In this document: piece after piece, positions 9,223 to 20,558 of the stretch | How the letters are laid out: every line of letters begins with the position of its first letter | Position numbering within the stretch: position 1 is the stretch's first letter | Assembly: GCF_003063625.1 (NCBI RefSeq) | Contig: NZ_CP026604.1 | Coordinates: forward strand, 2,704,065 to 2,768,064 | Origin: Saccharobesus litoralis | GTDB taxonomy: Bacteria; Pseudomonadota; Gammaproteobacteria; Enterobacterales; Alteromonadaceae | Direction: 5' to 3' | DNA length: 64,000 nucleotides | Notes under the pieces: model-generated | What the model was told of the DNA's origin: nothing | Databases searched by the model: none | The model's input: only the letters and a program-made list of their open reading frames with translations | Translations under genes and position numbers: made by a program

Positions 9223-10710
9223 ATGGGTCAAAATTATTTCAACACGCTTACTTTGCGTGAGCAGTTAGACCAATTAGGTCGTTGTCGTTTCATGGAACGT
9301 TCAGAGTTTGAAAACGGTTGTGAAGCACTTAAAGGTAAAAAAGTGGTTATCGTTGGTTGTGGTGCTCAAGGTTTAAACCAAGGTTTAAACATGCGCGACT
9401 CTGGCTTAGATATTTCTTACGCTTTACGTGGTGCGGCTATCGCTGAAAAACGTCAATCTTGGAAAAACGCAACTGACAACGGTTTCACTGTTGGTACATA
9501 CGAAGAGTTAATCCCAGAAGCTGACTTAGTTTGTAACTTAACGCCAGACAAGCAACACACAGCTGTTGTTGGTGCGGTTATGCCTCTTATGAAGCAAGGC
9601 GCAACTTTAGCTTACTCTCACGGTTTCAACATCGTTGAAGAAGGCATGCAAATTCGTGAAGACATCACTGTTATCATGTGTGCACCTAAGTGTCCTGGTT
9701 CAGAAGTACGTGAAGAATATAAGCGTGGTTTCGGTGTTCCTACCCTTATCGCTGTTCACCCAGCAAACGACCCACAAGGTCACGGTTTAGAGTGGGCTAA
9801 AGCGTACGCTTCAGCTACTGGTGGTGACCGTGCTGGTGTTCTTGAGTCTTCTTTCGTTGCTGAAGTTAAGTCTGACCTTATGGGTGAGCAAACTATCCTT
9901 TGTGGTATGTTACAAACTGGCGCGATCTTAGGTTACGAGAAAATGATCGCTGAAGGTGCTGATCCAGCTTACGCTTCAAACCTAATCCAATACGGTTGGG
10001 AAACTATCACTGAAGCCCTTAAGTACGGCGGTATCACAGGTATGATGGATCGTCTATCTAACCCTGCTAAAATCGAATGTTTCGCTCTAGCTCAAGAATT
10101 AAAAGACATCTTACGTCCTTTATTCTACAAGCACATGGACGACATCATCACTGGTCACTTCTCTAAAACTATGATGGAAGACTGGGCAAATGGCGATGCA
10201 AACTTATTAAAATGGCGTGCAGAAACTGCTGAAACTGCTTTCGAGAAATCTTCATCTGAAGGCGTTGAGATCGACGAGCAAGAATACTTCGACAACAACA
10301 TCTTATTCGTCGCTATGGTTAAGTCTGGCGTTGAATTAGCGTTCGAAGCAATGACTGAATCAGGTATCATCGATGAGTCAGCTTACTACGAGTCTCTACA
10401 CGAAACTCCATTAATTGCTAACACTATCGCACGTAAGAAGTTATACGAGATGAACGTTGTTATCTCTGACACAGCTGAATACGGTTGTTACTTATTCGCT
10501 CACGCTGCGGTTCCACTTCTTAAAGATTTCGTTAACGATTTAGATCCAGCATTCATCGGTAAGTATGTTGCTCCTAAGTCTAACTCTGTTGACAATGCTT
10601 TATTAGTTAAAGTTAACGAAGAAATCCGTAACCACCCTGTTGAGTGGGTTGGTCAAGAGCTTCGTGGCTACATGACTGATATGAAAGCTATCGTTGATTC
10701 TTCAAAATAA
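9223..10710 (+). CDS. ilvC: Ketol-acid reductoisomerase (class II)
   Basis: Near-colinear with E. coli IlvC ([24 protein letters not shown]…[25 protein letters not shown]…). Confidence 0.95.
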   Translation: MGQNYFNTLTLREQLDQLGRCRFMERSEFENGCEALKGKKVVIVGCGAQGLNQGLNMRDSGLDISYALRGAAIAEKRQSWKNATDNGFTVGTYEELIPEADLVCNLTPDKQHTAVVGAVMPLMKQGATLAYSHGFNIVEEGMQIREDITVIMCAPKCPGSEVREEYKRGFGVPTLIAVHPANDPQGHGLEWAKAYASATGGDRAGVLESSFVAEVKSDLMGEQTILCGMLQTGAILGYEKMIAEGADPAYASNLIQYGWETITEALKYGGITGMMDRLSNPAKIECFALAQELKDILRPLFYKHMDDIITGHFSKTMMEDWANGDANLLKWRAETAETAFEKSSSEGVEIDEQEYFDNNILFVAMVKSGVELAFEAMTESGIIDESAYYESLHETPLIANTIARKKLYEMNVVISDTAEYGCYLFAHAAVPLLKDFVNDLDPAFIGKYVAPKSNSVDNALLVKVNEEIRNHPVEWVGQELRGYMTDMKAIVDSSK

Positions 10711-10736
10711 GAATTAACCGCTTTATTGCTTTGAAG

Positions 10737-10762
10737 AGCCCAGCTATATGCTGGGCTTTTTT
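10737..10762 (+). terminator. Rho-independent terminator of ilvC
   Basis: GCCCAGC-TATAT-GCTGGGC followed by TTTTTTG. Confidence 0.8.
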
Positions 10763-10763
10763 G

Positions 10764-12850
10764 TTTGCCCAGCGAAGCTGGCAAACCCGCTAGGTTGAAA
10801 GAAACCTAGATCACCCCGACTGAGGGGAAGATAATCCGAATCGCAAGGGCGTTATTGGCCAACGATAAGGTCTGAAGGAAGCGATAGGAAGTTAACAGTA
10901 CGCAATGAAAATGAACCTGTTTCGGCAGTTTAGGTGGGTAAGTTTGCAAAATAGCACGAAGCCCGATACTCAGTCAGACCTAAACTGTGTTTGAGGGTGG
11001 CATTGTTAACAGGGCGTCAGTGCAGTAACTGGGGAAGCCTGGCATCTACTCCACTTATGTGTGGAAACATCAGTTCAAGAAGTGATTCGAGAATGATGTT
11101 GGTGTGAGGTGGCAGATGAACCCGTAGTAGTGATAAAGCCTCGGCCGATGAAAGCCAGTAATGGTGTGGAGGACAAAACCAAGGCGACCATTAGCGAAGA
11201 GTCTAATGGCATTTGTCAGTATCAAAAGTACGACAAATGGCGAAGGGGGGAAGTATTCTTTAAAGGTATCGAAAGCACAATTTTTTTTTTTGCAGAGGTT
11301 CATAAGCACCCTGACGAGGGTGGACACCGCAGACTGGAACACTAGGAATAGCGTATCTGGACTGACGGGTTGAATGTGGAGTAATGGTTAACCGCTCAGG
11401 CAGATTGCCGATAGGCTAGCACCCCTGAAGTTAACATGAAGCGTCAGCTCTGCAAGAAACAAAGTGACATTAGATACCGCAAGTCATAAGGCAATAGATG
11501 AAGGTATATTACAGTCTGTATAGTCGTATACTCAACGCAGATGCGTTATACAGCGCTTTCAAAAAAGTGAATAAAAGCAAAGGCGCGGCCGGAATAGATA
11601 GGCAGAGCCTGAGTGATTATGCATCTGATTTGGATAATAACCTGAATACGTTGCTAATCGAACTGCAAACGAAAACCTACCAGCCACTACCAGTCAAACG
11701 GGTAGAAATCCCGAAAGACGATGGAGGGATCAGGCTGTTAGGTATCCCCGCAGTGAGAGACCGTATAGTCCAGCAAGCATTAAAACACGTGCTTCAACCG
11801 ATTTTCGACCCTGAATTTCATCCATCGAGTTATGGATACAGGCCGAAAAGAAGTTGCCATGATGCTATCAGCAAAGCGACGCTCTTTATCAGAGAGTACC
11901 GTCGTCAATGGGTAGTGGATATGGATTTGTCTAAATGCTTTGACCGACTCAATCATGAGTTGATATTAGCAGGCGTTAAACGCAGAGTGACAGATGGCAG
12001 TATTTTAAGGTTGATAAAGCAATTTCTAGACAGTGGCGTGATGATTGGTGACTTCTGGGAAGCGAGTGAAGAAGGCAGCCCGCAAGGCGGAGTGATAAGC
12101 CCGTTACTGGCGAACATCTACCTAGACGCATTTGACCAAGAAATGAAACGGCGAGGTCACAGGATAGTGAGATATGCCGATGATATTTTGATTTTATGCA
12201 ATAGTCAGGCAGGGGCGAAGAACGCCTTACTCAAAGCGACCTTGATACTAGAAAAGGAACTGAAATTGACCGTTAATAGAACGAAAACGCACATTGCGCA
12301 CAGTGGTGATGGTGTTAAGTTTTTAGGTGTTGAAATCGGTAGCCAATATACACGGATACAAGATAAGAAACTCAAACGGTTCAAAAGCAAAGTCAAAGAG
12401 ATCACCAAACGTAATCAAGGACGGAATATTGAGAGTGTGATTAAGGAATTAAATCCAGTGGTGAGAGGCTTTGTAAACTATTTCAGAATTGCGAACTGCA
12501 AAAGGGAATTTGATAAGCTAGCAGGATGGATAAGAAGAAGGTTAAGAGCGATCCAATTGAAACAATGGAAACGGCCAGCGAAGTTACACAGGCGACTTAA
12601 GCAATTGAAGTATAAACCGCCATTTAAGTTCATCAAGATGAACTCGTGGCGCAATTCAGCGAGCCCATTGTCGAGCTTTGCGATGCCGAATAGTTGGTTC
12701 ACAGAACTTGGCTTATTTAATCCTTCGGAAGTTAAAACGGGATGGCTTGTCTTAACCGACAAGATATGAAGAATACATGAGCCGTATACGAGGCCCGTAC
12801 GTACGGTTCTGTGAGAGGGCTGAGGTGTAAACCTCACCCTACTCGATATG
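10764..12850 (+). mobile_element. Group II intron, class C-like. It inserted just 3' of the ilvC terminator hairpin. Boundaries are approximate.
   Basis: Intron-encoded RT at 11498-12769. Canonical domain V GAGCCGTATACGAGGCCCGTACGTACGGTTC at 12778-12808. Domain VI hairpin with a bulged A near 12812-12848. The 5' end is not pinned (no clean GUGYG seen). Confidence 0.7.
11498..12769 (+). CDS. Group II intron reverse transcriptase/maturase (no endonuclease domain)
   Basis: 423 aa. RT blocks …KGAAGIDRQS…, …LGIPAVRDRIVQQAL…YGYRPKRSCHDA…, and YADD in …IVRYADDILILC…. Confidence 0.9.
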   Translation: MKVYYSLYSRILNADALYSAFKKVNKSKGAAGIDRQSLSDYASDLDNNLNTLLIELQTKTYQPLPVKRVEIPKDDGGIRLLGIPAVRDRIVQQALKHVLQPIFDPEFHPSSYGYRPKRSCHDAISKATLFIREYRRQWVVDMDLSKCFDRLNHELILAGVKRRVTDGSILRLIKQFLDSGVMIGDFWEASEEGSPQGGVISPLLANIYLDAFDQEMKRRGHRIVRYADDILILCNSQAGAKNALLKATLILEKELKLTVNRTKTHIAHSGDGVKFLGVEIGSQYTRIQDKKLKRFKSKVKEITKRNQGRNIESVIKELNPVVRGFVNYFRIANCKREFDKLAGWIRRRLRAIQLKQWKRPAKLHRRLKQLKYKPPFKFIKMNSWRNSASPLSSFAMPNSWFTELGLFNPSEVKTGWLVLTDKI

Positions 12851-13001
12851 CCTGCTTTTTGTGTACTTTTGTAAAAACCAACAATTCCATAAATAAATTG
12901 AAACAAAACCTGACCTCATAACAATTTAGTTAGTAACGGGCTGGCTATGCCTTTTTAAAATAACAATTTTTAGCCAGCTTAAATTTTGTTACGGAGGTTT
13001 T

Positions 13002-16000
13002 GTGCGCTTACTTTCTCTTATTAAACCGGTTTGGTTGCTGAGCTTAATGGCTGGTATTTTGTTGGCTGCGGCTGCTATGTTGCCATTTGATGGTCAGCCC
13101 GGTGATGGATTGGCTCGTTTTGTTGGGCGTTTCCATGTTTTGCTGCTGCATTTCCCTGTAACTCTACTTTTACTCGCGCCGTTACTGTCTTTGGCCTCGC
13201 GTTTTAATTTTCTACCTAATGCTAAACCTTTTGTGCGCTTAGTTTGGTGGTTGGGTTCTATCGCCGCTTTTTTTACGGTTGGCATGGGCATGCTGTTAGC
13301 AGCTAATGAAGGGTACGCGTTAAACGAAGTGCGCGAGCATATGCTTGGCGGTATTTGTGTTGCATTGTTGGCATTTATTGCCACAGCTTTGTATGAGAAA
13401 AATAGCCAGTCTAAGCAAGATAAAATCAGACAAAACCAAGTTACACCCAACAAGGTTTGGTTTAACACTATTTATGGTTCGGTTAGTTCTGCTTTAGTTG
13501 TCGCTATTTTTATTGCCGCGCATGCTGGCGGTAATTTGGTGCATGGTGACACTTACCTAACACGCTTTGCTCCCGAACCCTTTGGTACTTGGTTGCGGCC
13601 TGAACAGGACGGATCGGCACTACAAGCAAGTCAATTAGCGCAAATTGACGATGCGCATTTTAATCAGAAAGTTCGCCCTTTGTTGGATAAATATTGTTTT
13701 GGTTGCCATGGTGCTGATACGCAAAAAGGCGGCATTCAACTCGATAATTTAAGCCCAGACTTTGTTAATAGCCATGATGCGCCGAACTGGCATGCCGCGC
13801 TAGATATGATCAACACAGGTGAAATGCCACCCAAGAAAAAGCAGCAACCGAGTGATGCAGAGCGGCGTATTTTAGTTGATTGGCTAACCGAAGGTATTTT
13901 GCTTGCTAAAGAAGCGAAGAAGGGCGAAAGCAAGCAAGTTATTCGTCGCTTAACTAAACAACAATACTCTAATACTTTGCAAGATTTGTTGGGTATCAAT
14001 GTCGATTTTGCTGATCTGTTGCCAGATGATCCTTTATCGCATATGGGTTTTAGCAACAGTGGTGAATTACTCCAAAGTTCGACTCTGCACTTAGAAACGT
14101 TCGAACAAATCGCTAGAAATGCTTTAGACAAGGCGATCGACCCTGAACAAAAGCCCAAAGTGCATCATTACCGTATGGTGTTCGGCAAAGACCAAGGTAT
14201 CGGCGAGCCGCATAGTTTATCGCGCGGCTATATGGATGTTCCGGTATCGACAAATGATTTTTACGTTGAAGTATTAAAGCAAGATGACGCGGAAGCTGCG
14301 TCTACGCCAGATGCGATTAAAAATGTGAAAAAGTATTTTAGCGCCAGCATGCGTGGCTCTTATGCGCAGCATTTTAAAACACAACAACAGGGTATTGATC
14401 TGTATTCGGCGACCCCGCATGTTGAGATTGTTAAATCGGGTAAGTATGGCACTTGGAATACGCCGTCGCCTAACTTATCCATGCAAATAAAGGATCATTA
14501 TCCGCTCAGCGGTGATTTTATGATGCGGGTTAAAGCTAGCAAAGCGAATGCTTTTTCGGTGACATTGTCGGGTGTTGCGGCCACTCAAGCGATTCCACCT
14601 GCTATAACACTGGATAAGCACGGGCAACCTAAATTAGCTAACTCGGTTAATTTTGCGGCGCAAGTTAAAGCCAATTTCGCGGTTGAAGGTTTTAGTTTAG
14701 ATAAACACAATCCGGAACTAGCCCGTCCAGAAAAGGGTAATGGGGTTAAAACCATTCAATTGCCGCTTAAATTGGCGCAAAGTCGTACACCGAATTTTTA
14801 TCAAATAGATATGGTGCATGAAGGCGCGACTCAACCAAGCGAGTTTGAAGTCAGCCTTAATTATAAACACAGATTTAAGGTCAAATTACCAGCTGCTGCT
14901 AAAGCTCAGCAAGGCAAGCTAATGGTGTCGTCATTGGGTGTGGCATACATAGGTGGCCGTAATCATACCGTGGTGGTTAAAGGCACAGATAAAATCCCAG
15001 CGTTTACTGATGTTGTATTGACTAAGGTAGATGCAGATTCGGCTGTAGCTAAGCAAATGCCCCTAAAAACGGTTAACCATAAAATAGCACAAAACAATCA
15101 GCCTATTTTGATGCCTTACGTTGGTACGCGTACCGATGATGGGGTGGACTACAAGCACTTTGCACAAGGTCAAGTGGTTAAAGGTGAGGTTGGCGATAGC
15201 CAAGTTTATGAGTTTAAAGGCCGCTTAGAAAATCTACCCATTCCACCGCATGGCACTTTAGGTGACAACATTACTAGTAGTAGCCTTAAGCTTGGCGTTT
15301 GGAATGACGACAAGGTTAAAACCCAGCAGCAAAAAGGCTCAGTGATTAATGTGGAATATATTGAGTTTGAAGCGCCGTATTTTGAATCTTGGCCGACGGC
15401 CAGTCATCAGCAAATATTTATTGATTCTAATCTTGAACAGGGAAGCCAAGCGTATGCAGAACAAGTTATTCATGCCTTTGCTAATCGCGCATTTCGCCGT
15501 TCAGTAACCAAAGACGAATTGGCGCCTTACTTGGGTTTCTACCAAGAAATAGCTTCAGAATTCCCTCGTTTTGAAGATGGCGTAAAAGAAGCCTTGGTTG
15601 CCATATTATGCTCGCCAAACTTCTTATACTTGGCTGAACCCAACATAGAATCGCAACTAGCCGATACAACAACAGAAATGCCGAGTGCGGTTTCGCAATT
15701 CGCCGAGTTATTCGGTTTTAGTCAAGCGCAAGCGAGCAGTTCAAGCAATTCAAACAGTCAAGCGATTAGTGAATATGCGCTGGCCAGCCGCTTGTCTTAC
15801 TTTATATGGAACTCCGCGCCAGATGCGGAATTATTGAAATTAGCCAGCCAAGGTGAATTACGTCAGCAATTGCCACAACAGCTAGCGCGCATGGTTGGCG
15901 AGTCAGATAAGTTAAATCGCTTTGTGAGTGTGTTTGCCAAGGAATGGCTGCGTTTAGACCGCCAGCAAATGATGACAGTTGATGCTGAAACCTTCCCTGA

Positions 16001-16772
16001 CTACACGCGTTTTGTGAAGCAAGATATGGCTCAGGAGACGGTGCAATTTATTCAAACCCTTATTCAGCAAGACTTAACTGGCTTGAACTTAATTGAATCG
16101 GACTTTGCCGTACTTAATCAAAATCTAGCTGAGTTTTATGGCATTGAAGGGGTTAAAGGCAATACATTCCGCCAAGTGCAATTAGATGACTCACAACCGC
16201 GTGGTGGTTTATTAGCGCAAGGTGCGTTTTTAACCGGTCATGGCGATGGTGTGCATAGCCATCCAGTTAAACGCGCAGTGTGGTTAAAGTCGAAAATATT
16301 GGGTGACGAGCCTCCACCACCGCCGCCCAATGTACCTGAGTTGGATCCTGAAACCCCAGGTTTTGAAAAACTAACATTGAAACAGCAGCTTGAGTTACAC
16401 AGAGATAAAGATTCGTGTCGAGATTGCCACGCCAAGATAGATCCTTACGGTATCGTGTTTGAAAACTATGATGCAGTGGGCCGTTATCGCGCTGAATACA
16501 AAGGTGCGCCGGTCGATTCGCTATCAGTGTTGCCAGACGGTGCCGAAGTGGCCGGTTTACAAGAGATAAAAGCGTATTTGCTCAATGAGCAGGCTGATAA
16601 GGTGATGTTGTCTTTGACCAAGCACCTGTTTGCCTATGCATTAGGTAAAGATGTGAGCTTTCATGATGATGCCGAATTAGCAGCTATTTTAGCCGCCGCT
16701 AAAGATGAAAATTATCGTATGCAAAGCTTGTTATTGGCGATAGTGACAAGCCCTTCGTTTAACCAGTCTTAG
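13002..16772 (+). CDS. Large Planctomycete-type DUF1592-family protein (PSCyt/DUF1587/1592/1595/1588-like) with two CxxCH haem-binding motifs and an N-terminal multi-TM segment
   Basis: 1256 aa, GTG start after GGAGG. CFGCHGADTQKGG and DSCRDCHAKIDPYG motifs. Family assignment is from memory of the DUF1592/DUF1552 gene pairs. Confidence 0.6.
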   Translation: MRLLSLIKPVWLLSLMAGILLAAAAMLPFDGQPGDGLARFVGRFHVLLLHFPVTLLLLAPLLSLASRFNFLPNAKPFVRLVWWLGSIAAFFTVGMGMLLAANEGYALNEVREHMLGGICVALLAFIATALYEKNSQSKQDKIRQNQVTPNKVWFNTIYGSVSSALVVAIFIAAHAGGNLVHGDTYLTRFAPEPFGTWLRPEQDGSALQASQLAQIDDAHFNQKVRPLLDKYCFGCHGADTQKGGIQLDNLSPDFVNSHDAPNWHAALDMINTGEMPPKKKQQPSDAERRILVDWLTEGILLAKEAKKGESKQVIRRLTKQQYSNTLQDLLGINVDFADLLPDDPLSHMGFSNSGELLQSSTLHLETFEQIARNALDKAIDPEQKPKVHHYRMVFGKDQGIGEPHSLSRGYMDVPVSTNDFYVEVLKQDDAEAASTPDAIKNVKKYFSASMRGSYAQHFKTQQQGIDLYSATPHVEIVKSGKYGTWNTPSPNLSMQIKDHYPLSGDFMMRVKASKANAFSVTLSGVAATQAIPPAITLDKHGQPKLANSVNFAAQVKANFAVEGFSLDKHNPELARPEKGNGVKTIQLPLKLAQSRTPNFYQIDMVHEGATQPSEFEVSLNYKHRFKVKLPAAAKAQQGKLMVSSLGVAYIGGRNHTVVVKGTDKIPAFTDVVLTKVDADSAVAKQMPLKTVNHKIAQNNQPILMPYVGTRTDDGVDYKHFAQGQVVKGEVGDSQVYEFKGRLENLPIPPHGTLGDNITSSSLKLGVWNDDKVKTQQQKGSVINVEYIEFEAPYFESWPTASHQQIFIDSNLEQGSQAYAEQVIHAFANRAFRRSVTKDELAPYLGFYQEIASEFPRFEDGVKEALVAILCSPNFLYLAEPNIESQLADTTTEMPSAVSQFAELFGFSQAQASSSSNSNSQAISEYALASRLSYFIWNSAPDAELLKLASQGELRQQLPQQLARMVGESDKLNRFVSVFAKEWLRLDRQQMMTVDAETFPDYTRFVKQDMAQETVQFIQTLIQQDLTGLNLIESDFAVLNQNLAEFYGIEGVKGNTFRQVQLDDSQPRGGLLAQGAFLTGHGDGVHSHPVKRAVWLKSKILGDEPPPPPPNVPELDPETPGFEKLTLKQQLELHRDKDSCRDCHAKIDPYGIVFENYDAVGRYRAEYKGAPVDSLSVLPDGAEVAGLQEIKAYLLNEQADKVMLSLTKHLFAYALGKDVSFHDDAELAAILAAAKDENYRMQSLLLAIVTSPSFNQS

Positions 16773-16792
16773 CCAACAAAAGGAGAATTATA

Positions 16793-18157
16793 ATGAAATC
16801 GGTTCGACCATTTAGACTTAATCGTCGCAGTTTTATTCGCGGTGTCGGTGTTGCCGCCTGTTTGCCTTATTTAGAATGTATGGCTAGTTCTGGTTCGATT
16901 ACACAACCCGGACAAAGGCTAACAGCACCTAAGCGTATGGCTTATGTATATGTACCCAACGGCGTTGGCTTACCTGGCTTAGATTCACAGTACAAGCAAT
17001 GGCATTGGTTTCCCGAAGGCGAAGGCAAAGATTATCAATTTACCAATGTGTTAAGTTCACTAGAAAAACATCGCCAAGATATTTCGATTATTGGTGGCCT
17101 AAGCCATCCAAAATCACGCAAACTGCTAGGCCATATTGCCGGTGATACTTGGCTAACCGGCGGCGATGTGCGTGGCGATTATAAGAATACCATCTCGGTT
17201 GATCAATTTGCTGCCCATGTGAAGAAAGATAACACGCGCTACCCTTCATTAATTTTATCGGCTGACGGTGGGGTTGGTTTTAAATCTCGCGCATCGACTT
17301 TATCGTTTGACAGTCGTGGTCAAGCCTTACCATCAGAGCATAGTCATCGCCAGATCTTTGAGCGCTATTTCTCGGTTAATGGCCAAGGTGCTAGCCAAGA
17401 ACGTAAGCAAAGTTTGCATCGTAAACGTAAGATCGTCGACCTGATTTTAGAAGACTCAAAGCGTTTGCAACAAAAACTAGGCGCAAACGATAAACTAAAA
17501 ATCGACGAGCATTTAGCCTCACTCAATAGTTTAGAAGAACAAATTCAACGTAACGAAGCTTGGTTAGATATTCCGCTAAAAGACTTTAACGCTGATCAGT
17601 TGGATTTAATGGTGGATGCTAAGGTTGATCCGCAAGCTTATATTCGTTCAATGTTTGACCTAATGGTACTGGCCTTTCAACTCGATTTAACTGAAGTGAT
17701 TAGCTACATGATTTCGCGTGAAGACGGTATGGGCTTTGGTGAAGCTTACCCCAAACTGGCATTGGGCATTAAAAAAGGCCATCACAAGATTAGTCATGAC
17801 AAGTCGGATGGCCATTGGGTTAAGTGGGGACAATACGACCAATGGTTAGCCAGCCAGTTTGCTTATTTCATTGACCGCATGAAAAACACTGAGGACGAAT
17901 TCGGCTCGTTGTTAGATAACACGCAAATTCTCTATGGCAGCTGTTGTAGTACCACGCACAATGCGCGTAATTATCCGTTGATATTAGCCGGCGGTAAAAA
18001 TATGGGATTACAACACGGAAGTTATGTAAAGTTTACTGATAAAACACCATTATCAAATTTATTTGTTAATATGTTGCAATCTGCTGATGTGCCAACCCAT
18101 AAATTCGCCGACAGCAGTGAAGATATGAGCGGTATGGAGCGCTTATTTAAGGCTTAA
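16793..18157 (+). CDS. DUF1552-family protein with Tat signal (partner of DUF1592 proteins)
   Basis: RRSFIRGVGVAA twin-arginine motif. 20-bp spacing after the upstream gene. Strong RBS. Confidence 0.6.
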   Translation: MKSVRPFRLNRRSFIRGVGVAACLPYLECMASSGSITQPGQRLTAPKRMAYVYVPNGVGLPGLDSQYKQWHWFPEGEGKDYQFTNVLSSLEKHRQDISIIGGLSHPKSRKLLGHIAGDTWLTGGDVRGDYKNTISVDQFAAHVKKDNTRYPSLILSADGGVGFKSRASTLSFDSRGQALPSEHSHRQIFERYFSVNGQGASQERKQSLHRKRKIVDLILEDSKRLQQKLGANDKLKIDEHLASLNSLEEQIQRNEAWLDIPLKDFNADQLDLMVDAKVDPQAYIRSMFDLMVLAFQLDLTEVISYMISREDGMGFGEAYPKLALGIKKGHHKISHDKSDGHWVKWGQYDQWLASQFAYFIDRMKNTEDEFGSLLDNTQILYGSCCSTTHNARNYPLILAGGKNMGLQHGSYVKFTDKTPLSNLFVNMLQSADVPTHKFADSSEDMSGMERLFKA

Positions 18158-18897
18158 GATAATAATCGAATTACCTTCAGACTGAGCGCGAAGCAGTCGA
18201 AGTCTTGATACTCATCCAAATTCTATAGCTTCGACAAGCTCAGCTTGAAGATTTTAAATACTTTGGGATGAGATTTTTCGCAACACAACAATTTCAATAA
18301 CTAGAGAATAACAATGCAAACAGATGCAACACTACAACAAGATGAAGAGTCAACAACGTCTATAGAGACGACCCGCAGTTCAGCTAAAAAAACACCTATT
18401 ATTCAACCTGGCCTACTGGTGCCATTTGCTTTAATTACAGCTTGTTTTGCCTTATGGGGGGCAGCTAACAATATGACTGATTTGCTAGTACCTGCCTTCC
18501 AAAAGGTACTAAGTATGACGCAGTTACAGTCATCATTTATTCAGTCTGCATTTTATGGCGCTTATTTTGTCATGGCACTACCAGCGGCTTTCTTAATTCA
18601 AAAGTTTAGCTACAAGAAAGGTGTTTTAACCGGTTTAAGCATTTATGCGCTAGGTGCTTTGCTATGTTATCCCGCTAGCCAAGTAATGAGTTTTGAAATG
18701 TTCTTACTGGCATTCTATGTATTTGCTTCAGGTTGTGCGATTTTAGAAACCGTAGCGGCACCTTATATTATGTCGATGGGGCCAGAGGAAACCGGCACGC
18801 AACGGATTAACTTGGCACAAGCCTTTAACCCAATTGGCGTATTAATGGGCGTATTCTTAGGTAAAGAGGTTATCCTAAAAGGCTTAAATTCGGCAAC

Positions 18898-20558
18898 CAG
18901 CAATTATTGGTGAAGCTGTATATGCAAGCACTGATGGCCTTTTTACTGTTATTTTGCCAAGTTAAGCCATCTTAGATTGGTGGGACCCATTTAATCTCTA
19001 TGCTTCGCGCAGGGGTGAACCTATGCTTCAGCATCCTTTATTCACAATTTCTCTACTTAAGGTCGATAATAAGCTTCCTCTGTAATTTCATGGTCTGTGA
19101 GTAGATGAGTCATTAAATCTGCCCATGAATCAAACAAAACATACCGGATTGTGACTCTGAAGTTTTCCCATAAAAAACGCTTTGAACCGTACTCTTGCCG
19201 ACACTGTTGGTACGCTCCATCTGTCAATTCAAAGATTTGATGGTAGAAAAAGGCAAGCAAGGTCAGTAGGTACATGTTGTAACTTAAATTCTCGTGGCCA
19301 TGACCGTAGTTATGTTCAACTTCATACCCTTGGTTTTTAAGGCTGTTGAAGCATTCGTTTTCTATTTTCCATCGACAGCGCCCTGCTTTCGCCAACGCAA
19401 TCACATTGTCTTTATTTATCTCAATGTCACTGACCCAGCTACCAAGATATGTCTGTTTACCCTTTTTGATTTGCCGATATTCTAGATAATTGACATGGAT
19501 ACTCTTTTCGCCACCATGAAGTGGCACATCATTTTGCCAACTAAATTGGTGAGTCACGTCTTTTTCATCTGTGTATGACTGACTAGATAGTGACTCATAA
19601 GCCGCTAACCAGTCATACAGGTACTTATGGTCATCTTTCTTTGCCATAAATAGAAAGCTAAACCCTTCTGCCAATGTCGATTCGATTAAGGGTTGTTTCG
19701 ACATTAAACCGTCACCGCAAATAATAAAGGATTGACGAGGGTGAGCTTTTTTCAGCCTTTTTACAAAGCGCTTAGCCGCATTCATTTCACAGTCTTGTTT
19801 TTTCGCACCGTCTGTATTTTTTATGGCTTCAGGCATAACCGGAATAACCTGTCGCTGACTTGGATGCATAATGGCACCTTGTAATACCGCATGGTTATAG
19901 GTGATTTCGCCATTACGATGTTGCTTCGTTAGGCAGCCGTCACAGTGGACACTTTTGGAGCTGTGGTATTGAGTTCCATCAATGGCACAAAGGAGTTTAC
20001 CAGGTAGCACTTCAAAGCTTTGTAAGTGATGATGACGTCTAAGTCGTTCAAAGTAATCTTTAAAAACCGGTGCAAAGCATTCACTGTCTATGGTATCCAG
20101 AATGTCTTTCATCTGGTTGTCTTTGGGCGTCTCTTTGATACGAAATAGGGTATTTAAATTACTTCGTTGATACTTTCTCTCTAGTCTTTTTTGGAATTGA
20201 ACCAGCGAAGGGTCTTGAAAATACATACAAGCAAACGCACTCATGACTGTATCGTGAAGGGTGTACGTGCACTTGCCTTGTTGACGAGGATCATCAAAAC
20301 TTTCAATATGCGATGACATGGCTTTTCGCAACGCATCGAAACTAAGGTGCTTTTTACTTTTCGTTAAAGAATTCAAAATTATGCAAGCCAATTAATTATG
20401 GTATTAGCATGCAACACTTAAATCATTTTGTCTGTGATCTTTTTCCACACTTGTTGTGATCGATTGACCTATCTCGACAAATTTAGCGCGAAAACTTTAT
20501 TTTTTAGTCCCTTGTAAACCTTGAATTCCTTGGCGTTGTGTATTTACCAATAATTGCT
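18898..20558 (-). mobile_element. IS4-family insertion sequence (1661 bp)
   Basis: Perfect 13-bp terminal IRs CAGCAATTATTGG. 9-bp direct TSD TTCGGCAAC at 18889-18897 and 20559-20567. Confidence 0.85.
19057..20391 (-). CDS. DDE transposase, IS4 family
   Basis: 444 aa. C-terminal …RWKIENECFNSLK… (YREK-like signature). Confidence 0.75.
   Translation of the reverse strand: MACIILNSLTKSKKHLSFDALRKAMSSHIESFDDPRQQGKCTYTLHDTVMSAFACMYFQDPSLVQFQKRLERKYQRSNLNTLFRIKETPKDNQMKDILDTIDSECFAPVFKDYFERLRRHHHLQSFEVLPGKLLCAIDGTQYHSSKSVHCDGCLTKQHRNGEITYNHAVLQGAIMHPSQRQVIPVMPEAIKNTDGAKKQDCEMNAAKRFVKRLKKAHPRQSFIICGDGLMSKQPLIESTLAEGFSFLFMAKKDDHKYLYDWLAAYESLSSQSYTDEKDVTHQFSWQNDVPLHGGEKSIHVNYLEYRQIKKGKQTYLGSWVSDIEINKDNVIALAKAGRCRWKIENECFNSLKNQGYEVEHNYGHGHENLSYNMYLLTLLAFFYHQIFELTDGAYQQCRQEYGSKRFLWENFRVTIRYVLFDSWADLMTHLLTDHEITEEAYYRP

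Noticed and set aside
12851-13001. Possible terminator hairpin gctggcta…tagccagc after the intron
   Set aside because: The 22-nt loop and lack of a T-tract make it unconvincing. More likely part of the promoter region of the 13002 gene.
13094-14158. Minus-strand ORFs (124 and 140 aa) inside the DUF1592 gene
   Set aside because: Antisense to a long, motif-supported CDS. Biased composition. No RBS.
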